In this document: positions 27,940 to 38,313 of the stretch, piece by piece | How positions within the stretch are numbered: position 1 is the stretch's first letter | How the letters are laid out: each line of letters begins with the position of its first letter | Notes under the pieces: generated by a model | What the model was told of the DNA's origin: nothing | Seen by the model: the letters and a program-made list of their open reading frames with translations, nothing else | The model's database searches: none | Program-made: the position numbers and the translations under genes | Source of the DNA: Escherichia phage RB32 | Length of the DNA stretch: 64,000 nt | Sequence record: NC_008515.1 | Reading direction: 5' to 3' (one strand)

Positions 27940-28503
27940 TTACCATTCCAATGCTAGTTTTTTGAGTTGTTTCTGTTCTTTTACGTTCTTAGTCACTTCT
28001 TTCAAAAAATCATCCGTGACTAAACCTTTTAGTTCTTTTAATACTAAAGGAAGTTTTCCATTTTTAGTAAGAATTGATTTATAGTTAATTGCATCATTTG
28101 TATTAACTTGATACCGCTTAGCAAGTAACTTAATAATCAATACTTCGGTAGAATCTTCAACCAGTTTTGCCCATTTACCATATCTTTTACCCCGAGGAAC
28201 AGCAGCCATCAGATAATTAAAATGGGCTTCATCACTTAAACCTGATCCAATTAAATTCATAGCATATACAGCTGGCATGCATTCAGGAAATTGTGATAAT
28301 GCATTCTCAACCATGTATTTTGAATAATCTTTTTGAGCAATAGAGCATTTAGTTTTATTATTAATAGCTCCAATTATTTCAAAAAATTCATTTTCAGCTT
28401 TTTCTTTAAAAGAATCAGCAGCGGATTGGACAGCTGTCCAATCTTTTGAATACCAAGCAACTTGATGCTCGTTTAATTGAATATCATCTTCAAATAAGCT
28501 CAT
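27940..28503 (-). CDS. 62: clamp loader small subunit
   Basis: ORF track 27940..28524; start at internal Met gives 187 aa as in T4 gp62; position between regA and 44. Confidence 0.8.
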   Translation of the reverse strand: MSLFEDDIQLNEHQVAWYSKDWTAVQSAADSFKEKAENEFFEIIGAINNKTKCSIAQKDYSKYMVENALSQFPECMPAVYAMNLIGSGLSDEAHFNYLMAAVPRGKRYGKWAKLVEDSTEVLIIKLLAKRYQVNTNDAINYKSILTKNGKLPLVLKELKGLVTDDFLKEVTKNVKEQKQLKKLALEW

Positions 28504-28504
28504 A

Positions 28505-29464
28505 TCACTTCCACTGCATTTCACATGCCAATTGAATGAAAAGATATGCTAAATGCAATTCAGTATTAGCTGCAATACCATGATACTGGTTATTTTCACC
28601 AACAATTTCATACATACGAATAATACTTTGCGGAGTTACGCGTGTATAGATTTCTTCGGCAAGTTTACCTACGAACCACGAATAATCAGCTGCATATTTT
28701 GGTGCTAAAGCTCTGAGCTGTTTAACATCTTTATTTTTGAGAGACTCAAGAACATCATCAATAGCACCACGATCGTTAGTAACCAGTGATAAAATACCAG
28801 CATCCAAAACACCTTTAGATGAATAACTATCGAGCTCGCCAATAGTTTTACGAAAATCAGGAAAATTCTTTTTAACCAAAGCTGCTACAACTTTCATATC
28901 AGCTATAGCAATTCCTTCACGCTTGCAGATTTCAGTCAATCGACGAATCATCTGCTTCATCATTTCAATTTTATCTTCATCGGTCGGTTGACCGAATGTA
29001 ATAACTCGGGAGCGTGACTGAAGCGGTTTAATAATACCATCAATATTGTTAGCAGTAATAATAATACTACAGTTTGAGCTATAAGCTTCCATAAAGGAAC
29101 GAAGATGTCGCTGAGACTCTGCTAACCCTGAGCGGTCAAATTCATCAATAACGATTACTTTTTGACGACCATCAAATGAAGCGGCGCTGGCAAAATTAGT
29201 CAAAGGACCACGAACGAAATCAATTTTACAATCTGATCCATTCACAAACATCATATCAGCATTTACATCATGACACAATGCTTTTGCTACAGTTGTTTTA
29301 CCTGTTCCTGGAGAAGGAGAATGAAGAATAATATGTGGAATCTTACCTTTACTTGTAATAGATTTAAAGGTTTCTTTATCAAAGGCGGGAAGAATACATT
29401 CATCGATAGTAGATGGACGATATTTCTGTTCAAGAATGTGTTCTTTTTCATTTACGGTAATCAT
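28505..29464 (-). CDS. 44: clamp loader large subunit (AAA+)
   Basis: ORF track 28505..29479; Walker [11 protein letters not shown]; start at internal Met gives 319 aa as in T4 gp44. Confidence 0.9.
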   Translation of the reverse strand: MITVNEKEHILEQKYRPSTIDECILPAFDKETFKSITSKGKIPHIILHSPSPGTGKTTVAKALCHDVNADMMFVNGSDCKIDFVRGPLTNFASAASFDGRQKVIVIDEFDRSGLAESQRHLRSFMEAYSSNCSIIITANNIDGIIKPLQSRSRVITFGQPTDEDKIEMMKQMIRRLTEICKREGIAIADMKVVAALVKKNFPDFRKTIGELDSYSSKGVLDAGILSLVTNDRGAIDDVLESLKNKDVKQLRALAPKYAADYSWFVGKLAEEIYTRVTPQSIIRMYEIVGENNQYHGIAANTELHLAYLFIQLACEMQWK

Positions 29465-29498
29465 AATTTCCTCATTCAAGTTTTAGTGTAAATTATAA

Positions 29499-29512
29499 AG
29501 GGCCGAAGCCCT
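29499..29512 (-). terminator. GC hairpin with UUCG loop between genes 45 and 44
   Basis: agggccgaagccct. Confidence 0.4.
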
Positions 29513-29515
29513 TTA

Positions 29516-30202
29516 TTAAAAATCGTGGGTAGAATCAGCTTCAAGAGCTACCACATAATTCGCGTGTTCACCTTCAAATTTAGCAGCACCTTGTTTACCT
29601 TTTGCCCAGAGCAGAAGTTTATAATTTCCTGGTTGCATTTTCATATTTGCCATATTGATAATGAAATTAAATGTATTTTCACCATCATAATCACCAAGAG
29701 TCAAAGAATATTTAACACGGGTCAGAGCAGAATCTTCTACTTTATTAAAACCGTTAATTACGATTTTACCTTCTTTTACCGTGATAGCAATTGTATCAAT
29801 TTGCAGACCACGAGATACACGCAACAGTTGTTGAAGGTCTTCAGCTTTAATTTCAGTAACAACAGATGCTACCGGGAATGGAATTGGTTTATTAGGAGCA
29901 ACTACTGTACTCGGATCGGCTGCTGGCCAAAAAATTGTTGAGCGAGCATCAGCAATTTTAATATTACCATCTTCTGACTGGGAAATTTCTGCATCATCAT
30001 TAACTAGAGACAGAATACCGAGAAAACCGTTCAAATCGTAAATTGCTACATCAAAATCAATAACGTCAGAAATATTTGCTTCCGCATAAGTTGTACCATT
30101 AACTGCGCGAGTCATAATAAATTGACCGGATTTAAGCATAATACCAGAGTTAATAGTAGCGAAATTTTTAAGCAGAGCAGTAGTATCTTTAGACAGTTTC
30201 AT
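29516..30202 (-). CDS. 45: sliding clamp
   Basis: 228-aa ORF; length and position as T4 gp45. Confidence 0.9.
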   Translation of the reverse strand: MKLSKDTTALLKNFATINSGIMLKSGQFIMTRAVNGTTYAEANISDVIDFDVAIYDLNGFLGILSLVNDDAEISQSEDGNIKIADARSTIFWPAADPSTVVAPNKPIPFPVASVVTEIKAEDLQQLLRVSRGLQIDTIAITVKEGKIVINGFNKVEDSALTRVKYSLTLGDYDGENTFNFIINMANMKMQPGNYKLLLWAKGKQGAAKFEGEHANYVVALEADSTHDF

Positions 30203-30257
30203 GTAATTTCCTTCAATTCAAATGAGATTTAATTTTATAACTAATTTAATAAAGCAA

Positions 30258-30647
30258 TTAACGATTAAAATCAGCCGCAATTGTTTCGGCAACAATTTGA
30301 GCAGCAACAATCAGACGTTCATCTGCATTGCCGCAATAATCATCTTCAAGGCGTTCATGACCATGTGCCATAAGAACCTTAGCACCGGCGTTTAGGGATT
30401 CTGTAGTATGTTTGCGCATTAGTTCAATCCATTTATTACTTACTTCACGATCGATAGCTTCATAATACGCATGACGAGCAGGTGCAGATTTAATTTTGTT
30501 CTGAATAACTTCCATTGCGTTATCAGAAAGAGACAAAACCCATGCGCGACGAATTTTATTTTGGTTTTGTGGATTTGATTCAGAACGCACGTGTTTTGGC
30601 TGAATATCTTTTACATCAACAGTATAATTCACAGTAATTTTAGTCAT
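30258..30647 (-). CDS. rpbA: RNA polymerase-binding protein RpbA
   Basis: 129-aa ORF at the 45.1 position; length equals T4 RpbA. Confidence 0.75.
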   Translation of the reverse strand: MTKITVNYTVDVKDIQPKHVRSESNPQNQNKIRRAWVLSLSDNAMEVIQNKIKSAPARHAYYEAIDREVSNKWIELMRKHTTESLNAGAKVLMAHGHERLEDDYCGNADERLIVAAQIVAETIAADFNR

Positions 30648-30656
30648 AATACACCT

Positions 30657-30848
30657 TTAGTCATAATAATCAGTAACAGTCCAAGCTTCATTTCTATTGG
30701 ACATTATTTTTGTATATTCTGCTTTAAATGCATTCCTAAGCATAGATTCAGTAACTATATGCTCTTCATTAGAAAAATTATTTCTCAGAATATATCGTTT
30801 TATTTCAGGAATAGTTAATAGATGCTGTCCAGTTGAATATTCTGCCAC
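30657..30848 (-). CDS. hypothetical protein (45.2 position)
   Basis: 63-aa ORF. Confidence 0.55.
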   Translation of the reverse strand: MAEYSTGQHLLTIPEIKRYILRNNFSNEEHIVTESMLRNAFKAEYTKIMSNRNEAWTVTDYYD

Positions 30849-30858
30849 AGTTCCTCCG

Positions 30859-30866
30859 TATAAATA
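30859..30866 (+). promoter_or_regulatory. T4-type late promoter box TATAAATA (gp55-dependent), plus strand
   Basis: exact TATAAATA 34 nt upstream of the HNH gene ATG. Confidence 0.5.
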
Positions 30867-30899
30867 TGTTTATCACTCGCTGTATCAAAAGGATATGTT

Positions 30900-31616
30900 A
30901 TGAATTATAAACTAATTTATGAAAAGTTAATCTCTAATGCTAAATCTCGAAAACTTGATTGCTATACTGAATCTCATCACATTATACCACGCTGTTTAAA
31001 TGGCAGCGATGATGCTTCAAACTTAGTAGATTTAACACCAGAAGAGCACTATGTAGCTCATCAACTTTTAGTAAAAATTTATCCTTCTGAACCAAAATTA
31101 GTCTATGCTGCTAACATGATGACAGTTTCTACGAAATACGCTAAACGCAACAATAAAACTTTCGGTTGGATTCGTCGTAAACTCTGGGAATTAGAAAAGA
31201 ATAAAGAATTCTCCCAGGAGACACGAAAGAAAATGTCTGATGCAGTAGCTAATAAAGCAAGACTAACTTGTCCTCATTGCGGTAAGTCTGGATTAAGCGG
31301 GAATATGAATCGTTGGCATTTTGATAACTGCCCAAATCACCCTAATCCTAAAGTTAGACCACCAATGTCTAAAGAACACAGAAATAATATCTCAAACGGG
31401 CTTAAAGCAATCGTTCTTGAAGAAACATCCTGCGAATTCTGCGGAATGATAGGCAAGAAATGCGTTATCGCAGCGCATAGAAATTTCTGCAAGAAAAATC
31501 CAAATGGACGCAAGAAAACTGAAAAGACTGGTACTTGCGTCCATTGCGGTAAAGTTACCACTTTCGGAAATTTATCAAGGTGGCATAATGATAACTGTAA
31601 ATATAAACCTAGCTAA
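30900..31616 (+). CDS. HNH homing endonuclease (free-standing, mob-like) with three C-terminal zinc-finger-like repeats
   Basis: 238-aa ORF; HNH motif ESHHIIPRCLNGSDDASNLVDLTPEEHYVAHQ; repeats CPHCGK...RWHFDNC, CEFCGM...HRNFC, CVHCGK...RWHNDNC; AGGA RBS. Confidence 0.8.
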   Translation: MNYKLIYEKLISNAKSRKLDCYTESHHIIPRCLNGSDDASNLVDLTPEEHYVAHQLLVKIYPSEPKLVYAANMMTVSTKYAKRNNKTFGWIRRKLWELEKNKEFSQETRKKMSDAVANKARLTCPHCGKSGLSGNMNRWHFDNCPNHPNPKVRPPMSKEHRNNISNGLKAIVLEETSCEFCGMIGKKCVIAAHRNFCKKNPNGRKKTEKTGTCVHCGKVTTFGNLSRWHNDNCKYKPS

Positions 31617-33297
31617 TCTTAGCTAAACTAAATCTACCAACTTTTTCCATCTGAATATGCTGACCATATTCTTGTGGGTCATGGTCTTTATGCGAAATTA
31701 TGAAGAAGTTGGTATCCTTCAAACCATCTAAAATTTTAGCTACATTTTTAATGCCTTCAGCATCAAATGCACCATCATACACTTCATCAAGAAATAAACA
31801 ACTTATTTTAACACCTGAAACTTTTTCAGCAATATCACGCCAAGTAAATAAAAGAGCAATATCAATTCGCGCTTTTTCACCTTGACTAAATGAAGCATAA
31901 CTAAAATCTTCACGACCACGGGATTTAATTGTCTCATTAAATTCTTCATCTAATGTAAACACATAATCTGCTTCCATTATTTTAAGATAATGGTTAATCT
32001 GCTTATTAAATAATGGAATGTACTTTTTAATAATAGCACCTTTAATACCAGAATCTTTGAGCATATCAGTCAAAATTCCTCGGTGGTATTTTTCCATTAC
32101 TAAATTAGTTTTTGTCTTAACAATTTTATCAAGTTCTTCTTGAAGCAGTGCTATTTCATCAGCATGGTCAATAAATTCAGAAGATGCTTTTTCTATAGCC
32201 GCTTTAACTTTTTTAGCTTTATCTACCGTCGTGATTAGAGATTGCTTTTTATTGCGAATATCATTTGCCAACGTCTGCTGGGTTTTAATATTATCTCGGT
32301 ATTCATCAACAAGAACTTTTAAATTATCACGATGTGTTGAAAGCTGTTCAAATGAATGTGTGCATTCAGAAACTTTATCTTTAATTTTAGAAACAACTTT
32401 ATCACCGGAACTTAATTGTGACAAACAGGTTGGACATAATCCACCTTCGTGATACATATTAATGACTTTATTATACGAGTCAATTTTTGATTTAATTAAA
32501 ACTGCTTCTTGACCGATTTTATTAAATGCATCAGTAGGGTCTTCATCCAAAACAATATTAACTAATCTTTCATTAGCTTCTTCTATTTCCGATTTTAGCG
32601 TTCTAGCTTCTTTTGCCAAATCATCATACATATTTTGCAGACGAGTAAGGTTGTCACCCGTTAATTTTTTCTGGCGTTCAACGTTATCATTATATATTTT
32701 AATTTGTTGGATAATACTATCTTTTTTAACATCAAGCACTTGGTTTTGTGAATTTAATTCACGTATTAGTGCTTTATTAAGCTTATCCATTTCAGCTAAT
32801 GTTCCTACCTCAAGCAGGTCTTCCACAAGCTTTCTTCGCGCAGGGGTCGACAAACCCATGAAAGGGGTATACCCTGCTGTACCAAGGACAACAATCTGCT
32901 TGAAACTGGCATATGACATTCCGATAAGCTGTTCAAATTCTGCTTGGAAATCTTTACTGCTGGCAGATTCATTAAGACGTGTACCGTTAATGGTGATTTC
33001 AAAAACGTTCGGTTTTTGTCCTCTTTTGATATAGTACTTTTTCTCATCATATTCCATCCACAGTTCAACTAAAAGTTCTTTCTTATTTGTGCTGTTTATT
33101 AATTGACCTTTCTTTACATCACGAAATGGCTTACCAAAAAGCCCAAATGTGATGGCTTCTAACATAGTAGACTTACCACCGCCATTTCGTCCAGTAATAA
33201 GAGTTTTTTGAACCTTATCTAATTGAATGTCAATAGGATTTCCACCTACTGACATTATATTTTGATACCTAACTCGGTTTAGTTTAAAATTCTTCAC
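31609..33297 (-). CDS. 46: recombination endonuclease subunit (Rad50/SbcC-like)
   Basis: 562-aa ORF, Walker A GRNGGGKST, central coiled coil with CPTC zinc hook. Confidence 0.9.
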   Translation of the reverse strand: MKNFKLNRVRYQNIMSVGGNPIDIQLDKVQKTLITGRNGGGKSTMLEAITFGLFGKPFRDVKKGQLINSTNKKELLVELWMEYDEKKYYIKRGQKPNVFEITINGTRLNESASSKDFQAEFEQLIGMSYASFKQIVVLGTAGYTPFMGLSTPARRKLVEDLLEVGTLAEMDKLNKALIRELNSQNQVLDVKKDSIIQQIKIYNDNVERQKKLTGDNLTRLQNMYDDLAKEARTLKSEIEEANERLVNIVLDEDPTDAFNKIGQEAVLIKSKIDSYNKVINMYHEGGLCPTCLSQLSSGDKVVSKIKDKVSECTHSFEQLSTHRDNLKVLVDEYRDNIKTQQTLANDIRNKKQSLITTVDKAKKVKAAIEKASSEFIDHADEIALLQEELDKIVKTKTNLVMEKYHRGILTDMLKDSGIKGAIIKKYIPLFNKQINHYLKIMEADYVFTLDEEFNETIKSRGREDFSYASFSQGEKARIDIALLFTWRDIAEKVSGVKISCLFLDEVYDGAFDAEGIKNVAKILDGLKDTNFFIISHKDHDPQEYGQHIQMEKVGRFSLAKIS

Positions 33298-33557
33298 AAA
33301 AGATTCCTTTTAATGTATCTTTTAGACCATTCTATCATATCATCATAATCTAAAAAGTATTCATCAAATTCAGCCATGCAAACAACACCTTGTGCTGTTT
33401 TTGATGTAATATAAATTATTCCAACATATCTAGAATCTTCTTCGGTATAATCAATGTTTGCTATGAATTCATCATTAATGTCAAATGTCGAAAACTTCAC
33501 AGTATGCATCCTTAATACAAGATACGGCCATATCTCGCAATGATTTAGGTGTGTCAT
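33294..33557 (-). CDS. hypothetical protein (46.1 position)
   Basis: 87-aa ORF; overlaps the next ORF, true start uncertain. Confidence 0.5.
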   Translation of the reverse strand: MTHLNHCEIWPYLVLRMHTVKFSTFDINDEFIANIDYTEEDSRYVGIIYITSKTAQGVVCMAEFDEYFLDYDDMIEWSKRYIKRNLL

Positions 33558-33744
33558 TATCTAAAATGTTGAAGTTAAAAGATACAGCCCAGTCAGTGCA
33601 GACCGTGACCTTTTTAATACAATTATCTTCAACCTCTAGCGGTTCAAACCAATATTCAATAATTTCTTTATGACCAATATCATCTTTTACTTCGCATTCA
33701 AAATGCTGACTCATCATAACATTTTTAAATTCATCAAAAGTCAT
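33481..33744 (-). CDS. hypothetical protein (46.2 position)
   Basis: 87-aa ORF. Confidence 0.5.
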   Translation of the reverse strand: MTFDEFKNVMMSQHFECEVKDDIGHKEIIEYWFEPLEVEDNCIKKVTVCTDWAVSFNFNILDNDTPKSLRDMAVSCIKDAYCEVFDI

Positions 33745-34760
33745 TGTGTTGCCTCTACATATAGCTGATTTGCATATTGAATAAGTGCTTCACGGTCAGA
33801 ATCAGTGATGTCTGGAATTGCATTAATGTATTCTTCCATCAACGTCTGAAGAGATTGAACTTCAACTTCTTCACTGTCATCTGACTCGACAGAGTTATCA
33901 ATTTTTGACACAACTCGTAATGAATGCACAACTTTTTCTAGTTCAGATTCGAACTTCGTTAGATTTTTGTCTACCTCAATTACTATAACACGTACTGATA
34001 GATTTGTAAAATCTTTATAGTCAATTTTTCCTTTAAATGGATAATGAATTCTACGATGCCAGGTAGTATTGTTTGGAATAAATTCCATTCGTTCTGTTTC
34101 TGTATCAAACATCCAGAACCCGCGAGGGTCATTCTCGTCACCTGCAGTTAGTGTCCATGGTGTCCCAATATATCTGACGTTTGCAGCCTCAGAAATAGTA
34201 TGGAAGTGACCAGACCACACTTCTTTATAAGTCTTAAGGAAATCAGGTTCAAGACCGTGAGATTTCATTCCTTTATAAAAATAAAATCCATTCAGTTCCC
34301 AGTGACCGACGCAAAAAGAAGCAGATGAAGTTTTGATGTGCTCAAGAATTTCACCAGTATTTTCTTCACACATCCAAGGAATTAAATCAATTAAACATCC
34401 GTCAAAATCTACTGTAGTAGGCTTATCATATACTTTAACATTAGGATATTTAGCCAAAAGCTCAGTAGAGGCATTTGGAGTTAAAGTATTTTTAAAGTGC
34501 ATATCATGGTTTCCTACAACAGTATGTAGGGTAATACCAGCATCATCAAGCATTTGAACTATTTCACGAGCGAACTCCATAGTTTTATGCGTGATTGCTT
34601 TTCGCACATCAAAAATATCGCCATATTGAATCCAGGTAGTAATTCCATTTTTCTTAGAATATTCTATGGCTTGTTTAATTCCATCCAACTGAATGGATTG
34701 AACCCACTCATCATCGGCTTTAACGCCTAAATGCCAATCACCTAAATTTAAAATTTTCAT
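33741..34760 (-). CDS. 47: recombination endonuclease subunit (Mre11/SbcD-like phosphoesterase)
   Basis: 339-aa ORF MKILNLGDWHLG..., calcineurin-like motifs; length equals T4 gp47. Confidence 0.9.
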   Translation of the reverse strand: MKILNLGDWHLGVKADDEWVQSIQLDGIKQAIEYSKKNGITTWIQYGDIFDVRKAITHKTMEFAREIVQMLDDAGITLHTVVGNHDMHFKNTLTPNASTELLAKYPNVKVYDKPTTVDFDGCLIDLIPWMCEENTGEILEHIKTSSASFCVGHWELNGFYFYKGMKSHGLEPDFLKTYKEVWSGHFHTISEAANVRYIGTPWTLTAGDENDPRGFWMFDTETERMEFIPNNTTWHRRIHYPFKGKIDYKDFTNLSVRVIVIEVDKNLTKFESELEKVVHSLRVVSKIDNSVESDDSEEVEVQSLQTLMEEYINAIPDITDSDREALIQYANQLYVEATQ

Positions 34761-34897
34761 ATATCAAGAACCGTCATTGAAATGCAAAATAAAATTATTG
34801 AAATAAATCCATCTGGAGTGCTAAAGAACCCAATCCAACATGCTCTAGTGAATAGATAAAATGCAAGAAAAAGTATCACATATCCAAGAAATATCAT
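34757..34897 (-). CDS. possible small membrane peptide (47.1 position), below ORF-track cutoff
   Basis: 46-codon hydrophobic ORF read by hand; its ATG overlaps the -10 of the putative middle promoter, so translation would need read-through transcripts. Confidence 0.25.
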   Translation of the reverse strand: MIFLGYVILFLAFYLFTRACWIGFFSTPDGFISIILFCISMTVLDI

Positions 34898-34923
34898 TAT
34901 ATCAAACTCCGTATAAAGCTAAA
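34896..34923 (-). promoter_or_regulatory. putative MotA-dependent middle promoter
   Basis: minus strand TTTAGCTTTA + 12 bp + TATAAT, same architecture as upstream of gene 39. Confidence 0.4.
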
Positions 34924-34935
34924 GGGCCGAAGCCC
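34924..34935 (-). terminator. GC hairpin with UUCG loop after a-gt stop
   Basis: gggccgaagccc directly after the stop codon. Confidence 0.45.
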
Positions 34936-34936
34936 T

Positions 34937-36139
34937 TTATTTTGTAATAATGTCAAATTGCTCTTTAAAGCAGAAGCTTGAATCTTGATGCTGATACAAA
35001 AATTCATATGCTTTTTCTCGCTCACGGTCATAAAGAGCTCGGTCAGATGACAGTTCTTTAATACGCTCGAATGTTGATTCCATGTCATTTTCATCAAACC
35101 AAATGATACCGCTATCATGCGAGGTCAAAGGAGTATTATCAACACGGAATTTCAAATTATCACCCGTTGATTTCCAGAAAACAGGAATTGTACCGCAAGC
35201 ACCAAGCTCGAGATGAGTATATTCTAAAGAACGTTGTAGATATTTTTTGTCCAACTTACTCAACTGATAACCAAATCCGGATTTACTCATGCGTTCAAGC
35301 ATTTCGCTATTTACATAACGGTCAAGAATTTGCGTTGGCAAATTAGGAGCAATTTTAATTTGGTCTACTTGATGAAGACGATAATACTCGTATGGAATTC
35401 CTTTTTCTTTAATAGGAATGAACGCTGGAGAACGTTCCAGACCTTCCATAATAGTACTTAGTCCTGCAGGTTTAAGATGTTTTTCATGAAAATCAAACAT
35501 CTGATAAAAACCTTTCCATGTAGTCGTACGACCAATCCAACGGTTGATATTCATGTTAATTTCAGAAACATCTTTCCAGTAGGTTGATCTAACCTTCGCA
35601 ATATCCATAGGAGGCTGAAAGTTATATACTGTCGGCGCTTCTTCAATATCATCAAACAAAGAAACTGTTTCAGGATACCATTCTTTCATCAGAACTTTAT
35701 TAAAATCGCCATTATCAGAATGACTAAAAATAACATCAGCTCGACGAACAGTTTCTTCTAATCCCAAATTTCGACGCAAAGAAAGAGAAGAATGGTCATG
35801 TTGATAAACTACAACACGAACCGAAGGTTTAATGTTATCAATAATTTTTTTATAGTTATTAATTGTGTCTTCTTCAACTGAAGTAGCAGGAACTGAATTG
35901 ATAATTAGAATATCACAATCATTTACCAGCTTAAGCGTTTTATCGTATTCTTTTGCCAATAAAACCGGAATTGAAAATGATTTATAATCATGCGCACAGT
36001 TACGAGTAAATGATTTATCTTTAGCATAAACCAAAGTTACTTCATGACCATTTTTAATAAACCAATCACGCTGCTCAAGAGAAAATTTAGTTACACCGCA
36101 ACCTTCAAGACCTCGAGCCATAAAAATACATACTTTCAT
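34937..36139 (-). CDS. a-gt: DNA alpha-glucosyltransferase
   Basis: 400-aa ORF; same length as T4 alpha-gt and in the expected position upstream of gene 47. Confidence 0.85.
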   Translation of the reverse strand: MKVCIFMARGLEGCGVTKFSLEQRDWFIKNGHEVTLVYAKDKSFTRNCAHDYKSFSIPVLLAKEYDKTLKLVNDCDILIINSVPATSVEEDTINNYKKIIDNIKPSVRVVVYQHDHSSLSLRRNLGLEETVRRADVIFSHSDNGDFNKVLMKEWYPETVSLFDDIEEAPTVYNFQPPMDIAKVRSTYWKDVSEINMNINRWIGRTTTWKGFYQMFDFHEKHLKPAGLSTIMEGLERSPAFIPIKEKGIPYEYYRLHQVDQIKIAPNLPTQILDRYVNSEMLERMSKSGFGYQLSKLDKKYLQRSLEYTHLELGACGTIPVFWKSTGDNLKFRVDNTPLTSHDSGIIWFDENDMESTFERIKELSSDRALYDREREKAYEFLYQHQDSSFCFKEQFDIITK

Positions 36140-36192
36140 TTAATATCCTCATTGTTTTGGTTTATTTTACCAAAAATTTATAAAGCAATATA

Positions 36193-36206
36193 GGAGCCGA
36201 AGCTCC
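36193..36206 (-). terminator. GC hairpin with UUCG loop
   Basis: ggagccgaagctcc. Confidence 0.4.
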
Positions 36207-36379
36207 TATCCGCATAATACGCCATACAAAGGCTCGTTAGAGCTTCTAAATTTTATACGCTTATATGTTATAGTTCCTTCTGCTTTAGCTTTATCATGAG
36301 ACTCTTTAAAGCGTCTCATCATTTCTACTTTAGAGGAACGAATTTTATTATAATCTATTTCAGAAGTCTGGGTGTTCAT
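36206..36379 (-). CDS. small hypothetical protein, below ORF-track cutoff
   Basis: 58-codon ORF read by hand (MNTQTSEIDYNKIRSSKVEMMRRFKESHDKAKAEGTITYKRIKFRSSNEPLYGVLCG). Confidence 0.3.
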   Translation of the reverse strand: MNTQTSEIDYNKIRSSKVEMMRRFKESHDKAKAEGTITYKRIKFRSSNEPLYGVLCG

Positions 36380-36382
36380 CTT

Positions 36383-36589
36383 TCACAGTTGCCACCATTT
36401 TTTGACTTGATAAGAATCAACCCACACTTTCATATTAGGGTCTGCTCTTACAATAGGAGGATTAACTTCTTTAATTGAACTATCATGGTATTCTTTTTCA
36501 GAAATTTTCACACAAAGATGACCATTCAAAGATTCAGTAAATCCTGCATTAATTTTAAGACGCTTGAATTTTACGTGTGTAAGCATCAA
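36383..36589 (-). CDS. hypothetical protein
   Basis: 68-aa ORF. Confidence 0.5.
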   Translation of the reverse strand: MMLTHVKFKRLKINAGFTESLNGHLCVKISEKEYHDSSIKEVNPPIVRADPNMKVWVDSYQVKKWWQL

Positions 36590-36872
36590 TCATATCCTCA
36601 ATCTGCGATCTAGTAGTCTTCCAAAGAATACTGATGAGTTCATCGTTATATGGCTGTTTTAGAATATCCCGACTTTTCTTGATAGCATATTCGTATTGAG
36701 CAAAATTATTATTTTCAGCTGCAATCTGAGCGTGCTTATAAAGACGATTCAGTTCGCGTTTGTTTTTAGACAATAACTTATTTGCTTTTCTTTCTGCTTC
36801 AAGACGGTTCTTTTCTTCAATAGAAGAAATAAGCTTTTCCACTTCATCATTAATTTCGGGTTTATCAGTCAT
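36555..36872 (-). CDS. hypothetical protein
   Basis: 105-aa ORF. Confidence 0.5.
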   Translation of the reverse strand: MTDKPEINDEVEKLISSIEEKNRLEAERKANKLLSKNKRELNRLYKHAQIAAENNNFAQYEYAIKKSRDILKQPYNDELISILWKTTRSQIEDMIDAYTRKIQAS

Positions 36873-36873
36873 A

Positions 36874-37092
36874 TTATTTCTCTAATATAAAATAAAAATC
36901 ATCATCTGTTAAATGATACCGATAGTTTAATTCTACACCATTAGATTTAAAAGCGGTATCATACGGATTTTCTGGATCAATATCAATGTCAAGAGCTAAA
37001 ACTTCCCTGAGATACATTTTAAGTAAATAGGGAATAGCTTCAACTTCAGGTATTTCTTCCAAGAATCCGGAGAGGTTAATCGTTAGCCTCAT
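36874..37092 (-). CDS. hypothetical protein
   Basis: 72-aa ORF. Confidence 0.5.
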
Positions 37093-37633
37093 ATAAAAAA
37101 TCCAAACTAGGAGAATCGTCTACAACACTTTTCTTTTCAGCCCCCGGTGTTCTATAGGTTGATTCTTCGTAATGCGTCATTTTATCGTAGATGTCTTGAA
37201 TAAAAGTTTCATCTACTAACGCAACCATATCGTCGTCACGGCTGTCATAGACATTGTGAACGAAGTAACTATATTTCTTTGCAACTTCCTTACGTTCTTT
37301 TTTAATACGTTGGACGAATGCATTAAAACAAGCTTGAGTTATATACGCATGTGGGTTTTTATATTTCGTTTCATCAAAATTATGAAGCCCCTTAATAGAA
37401 GCTTCTATACCATCTGCAATCATTTCTTGTTTCCAAGACTGGGTGTATCCTGAAAAGTTGAAACGTTTAGATAAGCCTTCTGCAATAAGCATAATGGCTA
37501 ATCCGATAGTATCATTCTGACGAACTACTTTATTTGGGTCTTTATTATTTGCTAATTCTGTTTTCCAATCAATAATAGCTTGTAAAAGCTCTTTATTGTT
37601 TACGTAATTATATTTAGGCTTAGTTTCTGACAT
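37076..37633 (-). CDS. 55: late-transcription sigma factor gp55
   Basis: [24 protein letters not shown]...; 185 aa from the MSETK start, as T4 gp55. Confidence 0.9.
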
Positions 37634-37715
37634 TTTCACCTCTTAGCTCAATTCATAGATCTATTATATCATAATATTTGAAGATCTATCTTAAAGCACA
37701 GAGGATGAATCAATT

Positions 37716-37937
37716 TCAAGCATTCATCAGCTTAGCTGCTCCAAGAGCTGCATCTAGTGAATCAAATTGGTCAACATATTCAATCAATTCGCCGTAATTA
37801 GCATATAACCACCATTGGCTAAATTCATACTCAAGGATGAATCCATTTCCTTCAATTTGAGTTAAACCAATGCCATTTGTATTTACTTCATATCCGGCAA
37901 GACGCAAATCGTTAATAAGAGCTTCGTTCATATTCAT
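37716..37937 (-). CDS. hypothetical protein
   Basis: 73-aa ORF. Confidence 0.5.
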   Translation of the reverse strand: MNMNEALINDLRLAGYEVNTNGIGLTQIEGNGFILEYEFSQWWLYANYGELIEYVDQFDSLDAALGAAKLMNA

Positions 37938-38260
37938 ACCTTAGCAATTTTCAGGTCTGTAAATTTTTTCTTGCGTTGATTTTTCATGCGACGAATAGTC
38001 TTATCGGAAATTTCATGCTTTTGATAAGCTTTAGATTCTACACCAAAAGCTTTAACATCAAATTCTGACAAGATATATTGAACCAGCAATTCACGGACAG
38101 TATTGCGTCCAATCTTCTGATCATTTTGTTTCATCGTCTGATGAAGCTCTTTTTCCCATTTATCCAAAATTTGAGGAGTTACAATATCGCCTTTTTCTAG
38201 CAAAGAAACTACTTTATCATATGCGTAAGAATTAATGACGTTTTTAATTTGAATAGTCAC
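37934..38260 (-). CDS. hypothetical protein (probable GTG start)
   Basis: 108-aa ORF; GAGGA RBS 7 nt upstream of GTG. Confidence 0.5.
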   Translation of the reverse strand: MTIQIKNVINSYAYDKVVSLLEKGDIVTPQILDKWEKELHQTMKQNDQKIGRNTVRELLVQYILSEFDVKAFGVESKAYQKHEISDKTIRRMKNQRKKKFTDLKIAKV

Positions 38261-38301
38261 ACATTATCCTCAATTACGTTAAAAATTTTATTATCCAAAA
38301 A

Positions 38302-38313
38302 GGGCCGAAGCCC
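38302..38313 (-). terminator. intrinsic terminator (GGGC-UUCG-GCCC followed by U5)
   Basis: gggccgaagccc directly after stop codon, followed by TTTTTGG on the transcript. Confidence 0.5.

Noticed and set aside
31337-31561. Minus-strand 74-aa ORF inside the HNH endonuclease gene
   Set aside because: Antisense to a gene with clear promoter, RBS and catalytic motif.
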